From positions 3,244,480-3,268,479 of the forward strand of contig LT629302.1 of assembly GCA_900104375.1 (NCBI GenBank): a DNA stretch of 24,000 bases, read 5' to 3'. The notes beneath the pieces were generated by a model. It was not told where the DNA came from. It saw nothing but the letters and a program-made list of their open reading frames with translations, and made no database searches. The position numbers and the translations under genes were made by a program. The DNA comes from Flavobacteriaceae bacterium MAR_2010_188 (lineage in GTDB: Bacteria; Bacteroidota; Bacteroidia; Flavobacteriales; Flavobacteriaceae). Below are positions 1-9,100 of this stretch, in pieces (position 1 is the first letter of the stretch; every line of letters starts with the position of its first letter).

Positions 1-1
1 A

Positions 2-493
2 AATGTGAAGCGTGGTAGAATCAAGGATTATTTAGATACTTATTCTTCTGCTAAATATCATGAAGATAAACGCCCGTGGTCTGTAAAATGTGATCTTGCT
101 TTTCCTTGTGCAACCCAAAATGAGTTGAATGAAGATGAAGCTAAAACATTAATCGAGAACGGTGTAATGGCTGTTGTTGAAGGTGCTAATATGCCAACCA
201 CTCCAGAAGCTATTACCGCGCTTCAAAAAGAGAAAGTTCTTTTCTCTCCTGGTAAAGCTTCTAACGCTGGCGGTGTTGCAACTTCTGGACTAGAAATGAG
301 TCAAAACTCATTACGCTATAATTGGACGAGCGAAGAGGTAGATACCAAACTACATCAAATCATGAATGATATTCATAAGTCTTGTGTCGAATATGGCAAG
401 CAAGATAATGGATACATAGATTACGTAAAAGGTGCAAACATTGCAGGTTTCGTGAAAATCGCGGATGCAATGCTAGCTCAGGGTCTCGTATAA
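2..493 (+). CDS. gdhA: NADP-specific glutamate dehydrogenase, C-terminal fragment (5' end upstream of window)
   Basis: The frame is open from the window edge. GKASNAGGVATSGLEMSQNS and the C-terminus ANIAGFVKIADAMLAQGLV match the Glu/Leu/Phe/Val dehydrogenase NAD(P)-binding domain and closely resemble the E. coli GdhA C-terminus. Stop TAA at 491-493. Confidence 0.9.
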   Translation, partial: NVKRGRIKDYLDTYSSAKYHEDKRPWSVKCDLAFPCATQNELNEDEAKTLIENGVMAVVEGANMPTTPEAITALQKEKVLFSPGKASNAGGVATSGLEMSQNSLRYNWTSEEVDTKLHQIMNDIHKSCVEYGKQDNGYIDYVKGANIAGFVKIADAMLAQGLV

Positions 494-515
494 AATTATA
501 ATTGAAGAAATGTTG

Positions 516-552
516 AAGGCTTTCAAATTTATTTGAAAGCCTTTTCTTTTTT
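516..552 (+). terminator. Rho-independent terminator downstream of gdhA
   Basis: A 12-bp perfect stem (AAGGCTTTCAAA 516-527 with TTTGAAAGCCTT 532-543) and a 4-nt loop, followed by the T-rich run TTCTTTTTT to 552. Confidence 0.8.
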
Positions 553-591
553 GCTTCATATTAAATACTCTTAAAAGTCGTTTGTTATAAA

Positions 592-599
592 TATATTTG
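592..599 (+). promoter_or_regulatory. Candidate Bacteroidota -7 promoter box (TAnnTTTG) for the 616 gene
   Basis: TATATTTG matches the TAnnTTTG -7 consensus described for Bacteroides/Flavobacterium sigma-A promoters. It lies 16 nt upstream of the ATG at 616. No well-spaced -33 TTTG was seen. Confidence 0.3.
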
Positions 600-615
600 A
601 AGGCTCTAACGATTT

Positions 616-2991
616 ATGGTCAAAAAACTCCTTTTATATTTTTCAATATTAATGACTTCTGTCCTGCAGGCACAGGATTTCTCAGGTCTTTGGGAAGGTC
701 ATTTTGCTTATTTCGATATCAGGGACGTAACCCAAGGCACAAGCAAGATTTTTGCTGCTTCAGAAAACGCCATCTTCAGTTATGATATAAATACCGAAGA
801 AATTGAAACCATTACTACCGTTAATGGGCTTTCGGGCGAATCCATCAGTACCATTAAATATAGCCAGGACTATCAGCTTCTGATTGTTGGTTATGAAAAC
901 GGTCTTATTGAAATTGTCTTTGATAATGAAGAAGATGTCCTTTCGGTGGTAGATATTATAGAAAAAGTGACAATCTCTCCAGAACAAAAGAAAGTCAATC
1001 ATTTTAATGAATTTGAAGGCAAGATTTATATCTCTACCGATTATGGGATTTCTATTTATGATCTTGAAAGACTAGAATTCGGCGATTCGTTTTTTATAGG
1101 ATTCGGTGGAAGTAAAATTCCGGTTAATCAAACTACGATTTTCGACAATAATATTTATGCAGCATGTGGTAATAACGGGGCGATAAAAAAGGCGTCCTTG
1201 GATAATCCAAATCTAATCGACTCGCAGCAATGGCAGACTATAGGTAGTGGTAACTTCTCTTTTATTGAAAGTGTAGGAGTTAAGTTATATGCGATAAACT
1301 CTAATAGTGCAATATTCGAATTGGTCAATGATAATCTTCAACAAAAAGGAAGTCTTCCTAATCCGCCTAGGGATATGAGGTCAGTTGATGACAATCTACT
1401 CATCACTACCCAGGCAAATCTGTTTGTTTATGGTATGGATTTTAATCTTATTTATACCATCGGTGTTAATCAAGACTTTCAAACGCAATATACTTCCGCC
1501 ACAATTACTGCTACAGAGGCTTATATCGGAACAAATTCGCTCGGAGTTCTTAAAATTGACTTGAAGGACCATTCAAGCATCGAGATGTTAAGGCCCCAAG
1601 GTCCCCTTCGCAATAATGGTTTCAAAATCAATGCAAAAAACAATGAGTTGTGGATGACCTTCGGAGATTATACTGTTTCATTTAATCCGGCTCCCACAAG
1701 ACGATATGGTATTAGTCATTTAAAAGATGAAAGATGGGTCAATATTCCATACGATAGTTTATTAGGAGCCACAAATCTTAACTATATCGCCTATAGCCCG
1801 TTTGTATCAAATCAGGTTTTTGTAAGCTCTTTTGAAGAAGGGCTTTTAGAAATTAACGATGATGAAGCTACCATTCTCTATAATGAAACAAACAGTCCGC
1901 TAGAATCATTGGTCGTTCCTGGGAATCCAGCAGCAAGAAGTATTCGTGTTTCGGGGACTGCATTTGACCGTGCCGGGGTATTATGGACTTTGACGAGCCG
2001 AATTGATAAGCCGCTAAAATCCTTCGACAGAACTTCAGGACAGTGGCAATCATATAGTTTTGGGGATTTAATTGAAGACCCTTTGAATGATGAATTTGGA
2101 TTCCAAGAAGTTGTTATTGATAAAAATGAAACCAAATGGATAGCAGGTTATAAATTCGGGGTAATTGGTTTTAATGACGTACAAGGTAATTTGATCAAAA
2201 ACATCAGTACTGAAGAAGAAGGAATGCCTTCCGCTGTAGTTAGGGCGTTGGCAGTAGATAACCGAAGCCAATTATGGATCGGAACCACGAATGGACTTAG
2301 AGTACTATATAATACTGCAGGATTTTTTGAAGACCCTAATCCCTTAGTTCGCGAGATTGTTTTTGATGATAATGGCATACCTAAGGAGCTTTTGGCAAAC
2401 CAATTTATTACCGATATAAAGGTTGATGGCTCTAATAACAAATGGGTGGGAACATTAGATTCTGGAGTTTTCTATTTTTCAGCAGATGGCCAAGAAACCA
2501 TTTATCATTTTACTACGGATAATTCTCCTTTGCCCTCTAATGTAGTTAATGACATCTCCATCGATTTTACCAGCGGAAAGGTTTTTATGGCTACTCAAGG
2601 CGGATTGGTTTCCTTTCTTGCCGGAGGTTCTGAAGCTACTGATGAATTAACCGATGCTTACGTTTATCCAAATCCGGTACGGCCAGAATATAATATTCTG
2701 GGATTCGATAACCTCAATGACATCAATAACGGCGTTAAAGTTAAAGGTCTCACCGAAAACGTAAACATTAAAATCACGGACATAGAGGGCAACCTTGTTG
2801 CAGAAGCGCAGTCTAGCGTTAATTTAAGGTCTTCCAATGCTAATTATAATTTTGCAATCGATGGTGGTACCGCAGTCTGGAACGGCAGGAATTTAGCTAA
2901 CAATATCGTATCTTCTGGAGTTTACCTTTTTATGATTTCGGATTTGGATAGTTTTGAAACAAAGGTGCTGAAACTTCTAATCATTAGATAA
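616..2991 (+). CDS. Secreted double beta-propeller protein with T9SS C-terminal sorting domain (PorZ-like, two-component-regulator-propeller family)
   Basis: Signal peptide MVKKLLLYFSILMTSVLQAQ. Repeated propeller-blade-like motifs (WIGTTNGLRVLY, WVGTLDSGVFYF, KVFMATQGGLVSF). The C-terminal ~80 aa look like a T9SS CTD (YVYPNPVRPEY...GVYLFMISD...LKLLIIR). The 791-aa length and architecture match PorZ of the type IX secretion system. Confidence 0.7.
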   Translation: MVKKLLLYFSILMTSVLQAQDFSGLWEGHFAYFDIRDVTQGTSKIFAASENAIFSYDINTEEIETITTVNGLSGESISTIKYSQDYQLLIVGYENGLIEIVFDNEEDVLSVVDIIEKVTISPEQKKVNHFNEFEGKIYISTDYGISIYDLERLEFGDSFFIGFGGSKIPVNQTTIFDNNIYAACGNNGAIKKASLDNPNLIDSQQWQTIGSGNFSFIESVGVKLYAINSNSAIFELVNDNLQQKGSLPNPPRDMRSVDDNLLITTQANLFVYGMDFNLIYTIGVNQDFQTQYTSATITATEAYIGTNSLGVLKIDLKDHSSIEMLRPQGPLRNNGFKINAKNNELWMTFGDYTVSFNPAPTRRYGISHLKDERWVNIPYDSLLGATNLNYIAYSPFVSNQVFVSSFEEGLLEINDDEATILYNETNSPLESLVVPGNPAARSIRVSGTAFDRAGVLWTLTSRIDKPLKSFDRTSGQWQSYSFGDLIEDPLNDEFGFQEVVIDKNETKWIAGYKFGVIGFNDVQGNLIKNISTEEEGMPSAVVRALAVDNRSQLWIGTTNGLRVLYNTAGFFEDPNPLVREIVFDDNGIPKELLANQFITDIKVDGSNNKWVGTLDSGVFYFSADGQETIYHFTTDNSPLPSNVVNDISIDFTSGKVFMATQGGLVSFLAGGSEATDELTDAYVYPNPVRPEYNILGFDNLNDINNGVKVKGLTENVNIKITDIEGNLVAEAQSSVNLRSSNANYNFAIDGGTAVWNGRNLANNIVSSGVYLFMISDLDSFETKVLKLLIIR

Positions 2992-3007
2992 GGGTTGCAA
3001 ATTCATT

Positions 3008-3730
3008 ATGCAAAATAGAACGAAGGCAATTGTACTCTCAAAGCTGAAATATCAAGATCACGACCTTATTGTTAAATGCTTCACCTTAAACGATGGCCCG
3101 GTTAGCTATCTACTGCGAGGGGTTTTAAAATCTTCTAGAGGCAGCAAGAAAGTTGCCTATTTTCAACCTCTATCACAAATATCCATTGATCAGTCCTTTA
3201 GGGCCAATCAAAATCTTAGAAACATTAAGGAAGTAAAGCCTACTGTGATTTATCAGACTTTGCATACGGATGTTATAAAAGGTTCCATTGTGATGTTTGT
3301 ATCAGAAATATTGCATTCTGTTCTTAAAGAAGAGGAACCAAATGAAGATCTGTTTGAATTTTTGGAAACATCCTTTCAGCTTCTTGATATAGAAGAAAAT
3401 TTCGCGAATTTTCATCTTATGTTTTTGTTGAAATTGACCAAGTATCTGGGTTTTTACCCAGACACTAATAACGGGACCCATAACTATTTCAACCTTGAAA
3501 ATGGAAGGTTTGAAAATCAAGAAAAAGCGTACTACTCAATTTCAGGTAAGAATTTAGAAATTTTGAAAACCTTGTTAGGCACAAATTTTGAGGCCTTCCC
3601 AGAAATTCAGCTCAGCGCTTCACAAAGGCAGTCTTTTTTAACAATGCTATTGCTGTATTTTGAATTACATTTGGGGAATTTTAAAAAACCAAGGTCCCTT
3701 CAGGTCTTTAATCAAATTTTTAAAAAGTAA
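3008..3730 (+). CDS. recO: DNA repair protein RecO
   Basis: The N-terminus MQNRTKAIVLSKLKYQDHDLIVKCFT...YLLRGVLKS is the typical RecO OB-fold start. Length is 240 aa. It starts 16 nt after the upstream gene. Confidence 0.85.
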   Translation: MQNRTKAIVLSKLKYQDHDLIVKCFTLNDGPVSYLLRGVLKSSRGSKKVAYFQPLSQISIDQSFRANQNLRNIKEVKPTVIYQTLHTDVIKGSIVMFVSEILHSVLKEEEPNEDLFEFLETSFQLLDIEENFANFHLMFLLKLTKYLGFYPDTNNGTHNYFNLENGRFENQEKAYYSISGKNLEILKTLLGTNFEAFPEIQLSASQRQSFLTMLLLYFELHLGNFKKPRSLQVFNQIFKK

Positions 3731-3732
3731 TT

Positions 3733-6147
3733 ATGAGGTTTATTTTAATGCTGAGTTTAAGCGTATTATTTTCTATAACCGCTTGGTCTCAGACGGTCAG
3801 AGTTTTAGACCAATCTTCTCAAGAGCCCATTTCTGGGGTGACGGTATACAATAAGGACAAATCGAAATTTCAATCAACTGATTTAGACGGGGAGGTTTCT
3901 TTAGATGCGTTTTCTAATGATGAATTGATATACTTTCAAAGTTCGCTCACCGGTATTAGTTCTATTAGGAAATCTCAAATTATATCCGAGGGCAATATCG
4001 TTTATTTAAAGGAAAAAATTGAGTATCTGAATGAAGTCGTTATTTCAGCTTCCAAATTTGAACAGAATAGAAAAGAGATTCCACAGAAGATAGTAAATGT
4101 TACGGCAGAAGACATAAAATTTATGAATCCACAGACGAGTGCCGACTTATTGGAAGCGACCGGAAATGTCTATATCCAGAAAAGTCAATTAGGGGGTGGA
4201 AGTCCGATAATAAGAGGTTTTTCTACCAATAGATTATTAATAACCGTGGATGGGGTCCGGATGAACAACGCCATCTTCCGGGGTGGAAATCTGCAAAATG
4301 TAATTTCGATCGATCCTTTTACCATCCAGACTACCGAAGTTACCCTGGGAGCTGGATCCATTGTTTATGGTAGTGATGCTATAGGTGGTGTAATGAGCTT
4401 CTATACAAAAAAACCTATGTTGTCCTATAAAGATTCTTTGTATGTCAGGGCTGGTGGGTCCGCAAGATATGCCACCGCAAATAATGAAAAAACCATTAAC
4501 GCACAATTTAATATCGGTCTTAAGAAATGGGCCTTTTTAACGAATCTTACCTATTCGGATTTTGATGACCTAAGAATGGGAAAACATGGACCAGTTGACT
4601 ATTTGAGACCAGAATATGTCGTAACCGAAAATGGAATGGACAAGATAGTTCAAAATGATGATCCCCTTATTCAGGTTCCAACTGGGTATGACCAGATTAA
4701 CCTAATGCAAAAAGCTCGTTATGAGGCAGGTACTGACCTCAGCATGGATTTTGGTTTGTACTATTCTACGACTTCTGATTATGCCAGGTACGACCGTTTA
4801 ATCCGCTACAATGGAGATAACCTTTGGTCGGCAGAATGGTATTATGGTCCTCAAAGTTGGTTTATGGGTAATTACAATATCACTAAACTAAGCAGCTCTT
4901 CCACACTATATGACAAATTTCAAGGAACTCTGGCATACCAGAATTTTCAGGAAAGTAGGGTGGACCGTAATTTTCAATCAGAAATTAGAAATAAAAGGGA
5001 CGAAGCTGTAAATGCTTATTCCGTAAATCTTGATTTCGAAAAGTTTTTAAGTGAAAAATTTGAACTTTTTTATGGGGCGGAGTATGTTTTCAATAAAATC
5101 TTATCCAATGGCTCCGAAGAAAACATAATGACGAATGTGGAAGTCCCTGCGGTATCCCGATATCCGGACGGTTCTGACTGGCAATCGATTGCTGCATACA
5201 CAAGCGTTAAATTCAAACCTTCCGACGGCTTAGTTCTTCAGTCCGGTGTAAGATATAATCACATCGTTTCACATTCTGATTTTACGGAAAACAACCAGTA
5301 TCTAAATCTTCCTTTTAACGAGGCCGAAATAAATTCGGGGGCTTTGACCGGAACTCTGGGATTAACCTACAATCCCAATGAAACTGTACAATTTAAAGCG
5401 AACGCCTCTACTGCATTTAGAGCTCCAAATATAGATGATATCGGAAAGGTTTTTGATTCTGAACCCGGATCGGTCGTGGTGCCAAACTCAAATTTAAAAC
5501 CTGAATATGCTTATGGTGGGGATTTAGATCTTAGGTTAGACTTTAATAAGAAGTTTATTTTTGACTCTGCCATTTTCTATACCTATTTGGATAATGCTCT
5601 TATCAGAAGGGATTTTTCAATTGATGGTCAAACGCAGATTGAATACGATGGAGAACTGAGCAACGTACAGGCAGTGCAAAATGCAGCAAGTGCAAATGTT
5701 TATGGACTTGAACTATTGGCTCGCTATAATTTCACCGATCAATTCCATATCGTTTCTAAATACAATTTCATCCGTGGGACGGAAAATGAGAATGGAGAAA
5801 AGCTGCCGGTAAGACATGTAGCCCCAGACTTTGGAAATACACATATAGTTTGGGAAAAGGATAAACTTAAGATGGATGCTTATGCACAATATAATGCTGA
5901 GTTTACAAACGAAGAATTAGCTCCATCCGAAAGGGAAAAAGATTTTATATATGCCTTGGATGAAAATGGGAATCCATATTCACCGTCCTGGATAACGTTC
6001 AACCTCCGGACCAAATATCAGTTTAGTGATAGGTTTTCTATGTTCTTAACTTTGGAAAATATTACAGATCAACGCTATAAGACGTATTCATCGGGTATCG
6101 CTTCGGCCGGGAGAAATTTTATTGTTTCATTAAACTACTCACTGTAA
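3733..6147 (+). CDS. TonB-dependent outer-membrane receptor
   Basis: Signal peptide; carboxypeptidase-regulatory-like N-domain (VRVLDQSSQEPISGVTVYNKD); plug motif (GGSPIIRGFSTNRLLITVDGVRMNNAIFRGGN); barrel motifs (AFRAPNIDD, NLKPEYAYGGD). Starts 2 nt after the recO stop. Confidence 0.9.
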   Translation: MRFILMLSLSVLFSITAWSQTVRVLDQSSQEPISGVTVYNKDKSKFQSTDLDGEVSLDAFSNDELIYFQSSLTGISSIRKSQIISEGNIVYLKEKIEYLNEVVISASKFEQNRKEIPQKIVNVTAEDIKFMNPQTSADLLEATGNVYIQKSQLGGGSPIIRGFSTNRLLITVDGVRMNNAIFRGGNLQNVISIDPFTIQTTEVTLGAGSIVYGSDAIGGVMSFYTKKPMLSYKDSLYVRAGGSARYATANNEKTINAQFNIGLKKWAFLTNLTYSDFDDLRMGKHGPVDYLRPEYVVTENGMDKIVQNDDPLIQVPTGYDQINLMQKARYEAGTDLSMDFGLYYSTTSDYARYDRLIRYNGDNLWSAEWYYGPQSWFMGNYNITKLSSSSTLYDKFQGTLAYQNFQESRVDRNFQSEIRNKRDEAVNAYSVNLDFEKFLSEKFELFYGAEYVFNKILSNGSEENIMTNVEVPAVSRYPDGSDWQSIAAYTSVKFKPSDGLVLQSGVRYNHIVSHSDFTENNQYLNLPFNEAEINSGALTGTLGLTYNPNETVQFKANASTAFRAPNIDDIGKVFDSEPGSVVVPNSNLKPEYAYGGDLDLRLDFNKKFIFDSAIFYTYLDNALIRRDFSIDGQTQIEYDGELSNVQAVQNAASANVYGLELLARYNFTDQFHIVSKYNFIRGTENENGEKLPVRHVAPDFGNTHIVWEKDKLKMDAYAQYNAEFTNEELAPSEREKDFIYALDENGNPYSPSWITFNLRTKYQFSDRFSMFLTLENITDQRYKTYSSGIASAGRNFIVSLNYSL

Positions 6148-6149
6148 CC

Positions 6150-9100
6150 TTAAATTTTCTTTATAATCTTTTTGATTACGGATTCTCCGTTGCTCAACCT
6201 GACTTTTGCGATGTAGGCACTTGGTAACAACCGAGGGAGATTATATGTCTCTGAGGTAGAATTTCCTTTGAGCTGATAAATCGTACGACCAGATAAATCA
6301 GAAATAACTATCGATTCGATTTTGTGTGATTCGTTCGTAAATTGAAGTTGACCATCCTTAAGTTCAATCACTTTTAATTTTGAAAATGATTCATTGACAT
6401 TTTCAATTTTCAATTTGGCTTCCTTGAAGATTATTTTAAAACGGTCGTTAATTTCGCCCTTATCACTGGTAAATCGGTAGGGGCCATTTTTTAAATCATG
6501 CTCAATTAAACGATGTGTATCTTGTAGAATAATATCTAGTTCTTCTAATAAATTACCTTGATATTCCGGAATTGAAATCTCGAAAATGCTATTGGTATCC
6601 ATGGCTAGCGAATAACCTATATCAACACTTTCGTCATTGACCAAGCTACTCGCAGCTTTACCCTGGATCACATATTTAGCATCATCATCCTCTATGATAG
6701 AATATATGGTTCCAAATGATTTTATTGCAAGATTTTTAGGAGCATCATAATATGACCCGTCAAAATCATCGGTAGCTCCCTCGACATATGCGATTAGCAT
6801 TTGGCTAAACAAACCTTCTTCAGAAGTTAAGTTTAGCCATAATTTATTGTGTTCTGTATTGTTTCTCGTTCTAAAGAACTGGTTGTTGTCTGCAATTCCT
6901 TTTGTTCTCATGCTGTTTGCGAATACTACTTTACCCGTCTTTATGCCTTCATTATAATCTAACACGGCTCCTTCATTAGAATAGGAAACGAAAAATCCTT
7001 GCCCTGACGGAATAAATCTATTTGGTTTAATACCATCACCACCCGCAGTTTCACCAGAACCGTTTATGATTGCGTAATCGTCCTGACTAAAGTTTAGCAG
7101 TTCATTGCCGTTGTTGGTAAAAGAAGGTTCTGTCCCTTGGGACCATATATAGATTGCGCCATCCAAGCTTGTATTTTCTTCTATAAACTTATCTACGCTA
7201 ATTGGCGAAGGATAAGGATTTCCTATTAAATTCCAGTTGGTGTCTCTGAGCTCGTTGTCATTTCTATAAATAGGTACATTGATGATTCCATTATTAAAAG
7301 CTCCGGAAAACTCATATAGAAATGTCTGCGCCCCACTACTAGCTGAAAACGATGCAGGACTGTTTGTGGAGGCATAACCCACACCTGGTTGCATTATCAT
7401 TCCACCGGCAAACATCCAATCATTTCCGTTGTCATCCACTCCATCTTGACCTTCAACATATTGGTTATTATTGTTGGTTTCTGCCAAAGAGTCGAGATAA
7501 TTTGCAGCATTAAAATAAAATCGTCTGCTGCTTCCGGCCAATGAAAGTGCATTATCAATGGTTTCATTTCTTACGGGTGAACTCCAATAAGTATATTCAT
7601 ACCATTTATCCATCGGGGAAGTTTCTTTTTCAACAGTAATTTTGCCGGTGCCCAGAACATTTACCAAGGCCAGATTATTAATCTGGATAAAATTACCTGC
7701 AGTTTTTACATTAATTGTAGAAGGTTTAATCGCATCACTGCTATTAACAGTAATATTATTGATGACTTCAACGTAATTTTGATTTGTGATTGTGAGCACT
7801 GCACCATTAAGAATAGAAAGTTTACAAGCGCTTAAATTCCCATTAATCGAAGTATTATAATCTCCTTCAATAATCGCTGTTGAACCAAAATGGGGTGCGC
7901 CGTCACTCCAACTCCAGCCGTTCCATTTGGTTTTATTTACTTTCATTCTTATTGCTGTTGAAGAGCCATAACAATATTCGCTGCTTTCTTGGATTTGGGA
8001 GAAAAACTGATAGCCATTCATGCTACCTAAATCCACAATATTAAGTTCTGCGGTACCTTGACCGGTAAAATTAGGATCGTTTAATGATATTTCAGTCCAG
8101 CCTGCTTCACCAGGCGCATTGTAAAACCATTTATAAGTAATCGGTTGGCCTCCAGCAAAACCTTCTTGACCTTCAACAAAAATGGTATCCACAATCTCAC
8201 AATCTGACGAAGGGCCACTTGGGTTAGTTTCAATAATAGGTGGAATCCCTATTGAAAAATCATGTTTTCCAATGTCGGTATAATCAACAGGATTTAAGGC
8301 GGTCCAGTCACTGTTGTTCCAAGTGGTACTAGGAGCATAAACACCATTTCCTTTTCTCCTGTAAGTGTAATCTTTAGAAGCAATAGTAAAAGGGTCTCCA
8401 GAAATTTCTCCCCAAAGGTCTACCCAGACTCCAGATTTGGTTAAACGAATATGGTCATCATCGCTGATTCCGAAAGACGAACTAAAAAATTGAGCGGTAT
8501 AGCCACCTTCAGGGTCATAGCGATTAGTGCCGCCGACTGCAACTACCACAACTCCTTTGTTGGCTATGGTTCCTGATAAGGAAATAGTGCTGGTAGCAAC
8601 GGGATTTCCGTTATTGTGAATGGCTACTTTATACGGAGCTAGATTAATTGACGCTCCAGTTCCGTTATAGATTTCGATATAAGAATGAGAACCGGTTCCT
8701 TTATCGGTCACCTCACTGATAAAAAGATCTTTTGGTCTAAGACCATTATCTCCTTCGCAAGAGGTAGCTTTTAAATCAATAACCGTAAAACGCTTTGAAC
8801 TTTCGCAACCGTTATTGTCATTGATAATAATATTACCGGTGGTTGCGCCTACCGGAATGGTTACTTCAATTTTTGTGTTAGAAATTACTGTTATACTAGT
8901 ATTGATTCCATTTAAAGATGCGGTTGTTGCTGCGCCATAATTAGAACCTGTTACCGTTACGATAGTACCAATAGGGCCTGTAGAAGGTAAAAAGTTGAGA
9001 TTCGCTGCAGCACAAACTCCAGTTCCTTTTACATAAATGATATAGGGATTCTCGTCCGAATCATCGTTAGCTATAGTAATTGTTGCCGTACGAGTTCCTT

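Noticed and set aside
597-785. Plus-strand 62-aa ORF overlapping the start of the 616 gene
   Set aside because: It overlaps the signal-peptide-bearing 791-aa CDS out of frame. The Cys/Arg/Phe-rich translation looks non-biological.
760-2441. Five minus-strand ORFs (760-1002, 1868-2053, 1878-2135, 2068-2271, 2148-2441) inside the PorZ-like gene
   Set aside because: They lie entirely antisense to a long, well-supported CDS. They are short and low-complexity with no recognisable motifs, which is typical of shadow ORFs.
3302-3854. ORFs 3302-3520 (-) and 3660-3854 (+) across recO and the recO/TonB-receptor junction
   Set aside because: They overlap confident CDSs antisense or out of frame and have no motifs.
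4237-4506. Minus-strand 89-aa ORF inside the TonB-dependent receptor
   Set aside because: It is antisense to the conserved plug domain, so it is a shadow ORF.
3733-6147. Assigning the TonB-dependent receptor to the haem/haemoglobin receptor family on the basis of FRAP and N-x-N-L-KPE boxes
   Set aside because: The conserved histidine expected between the FRAP and NPNL boxes in haem receptors is absent (NIDDIGKVFDSEPGSVVVP). The two boxes are also generic to many TonB-dependent receptors, so substrate cannot be inferred.
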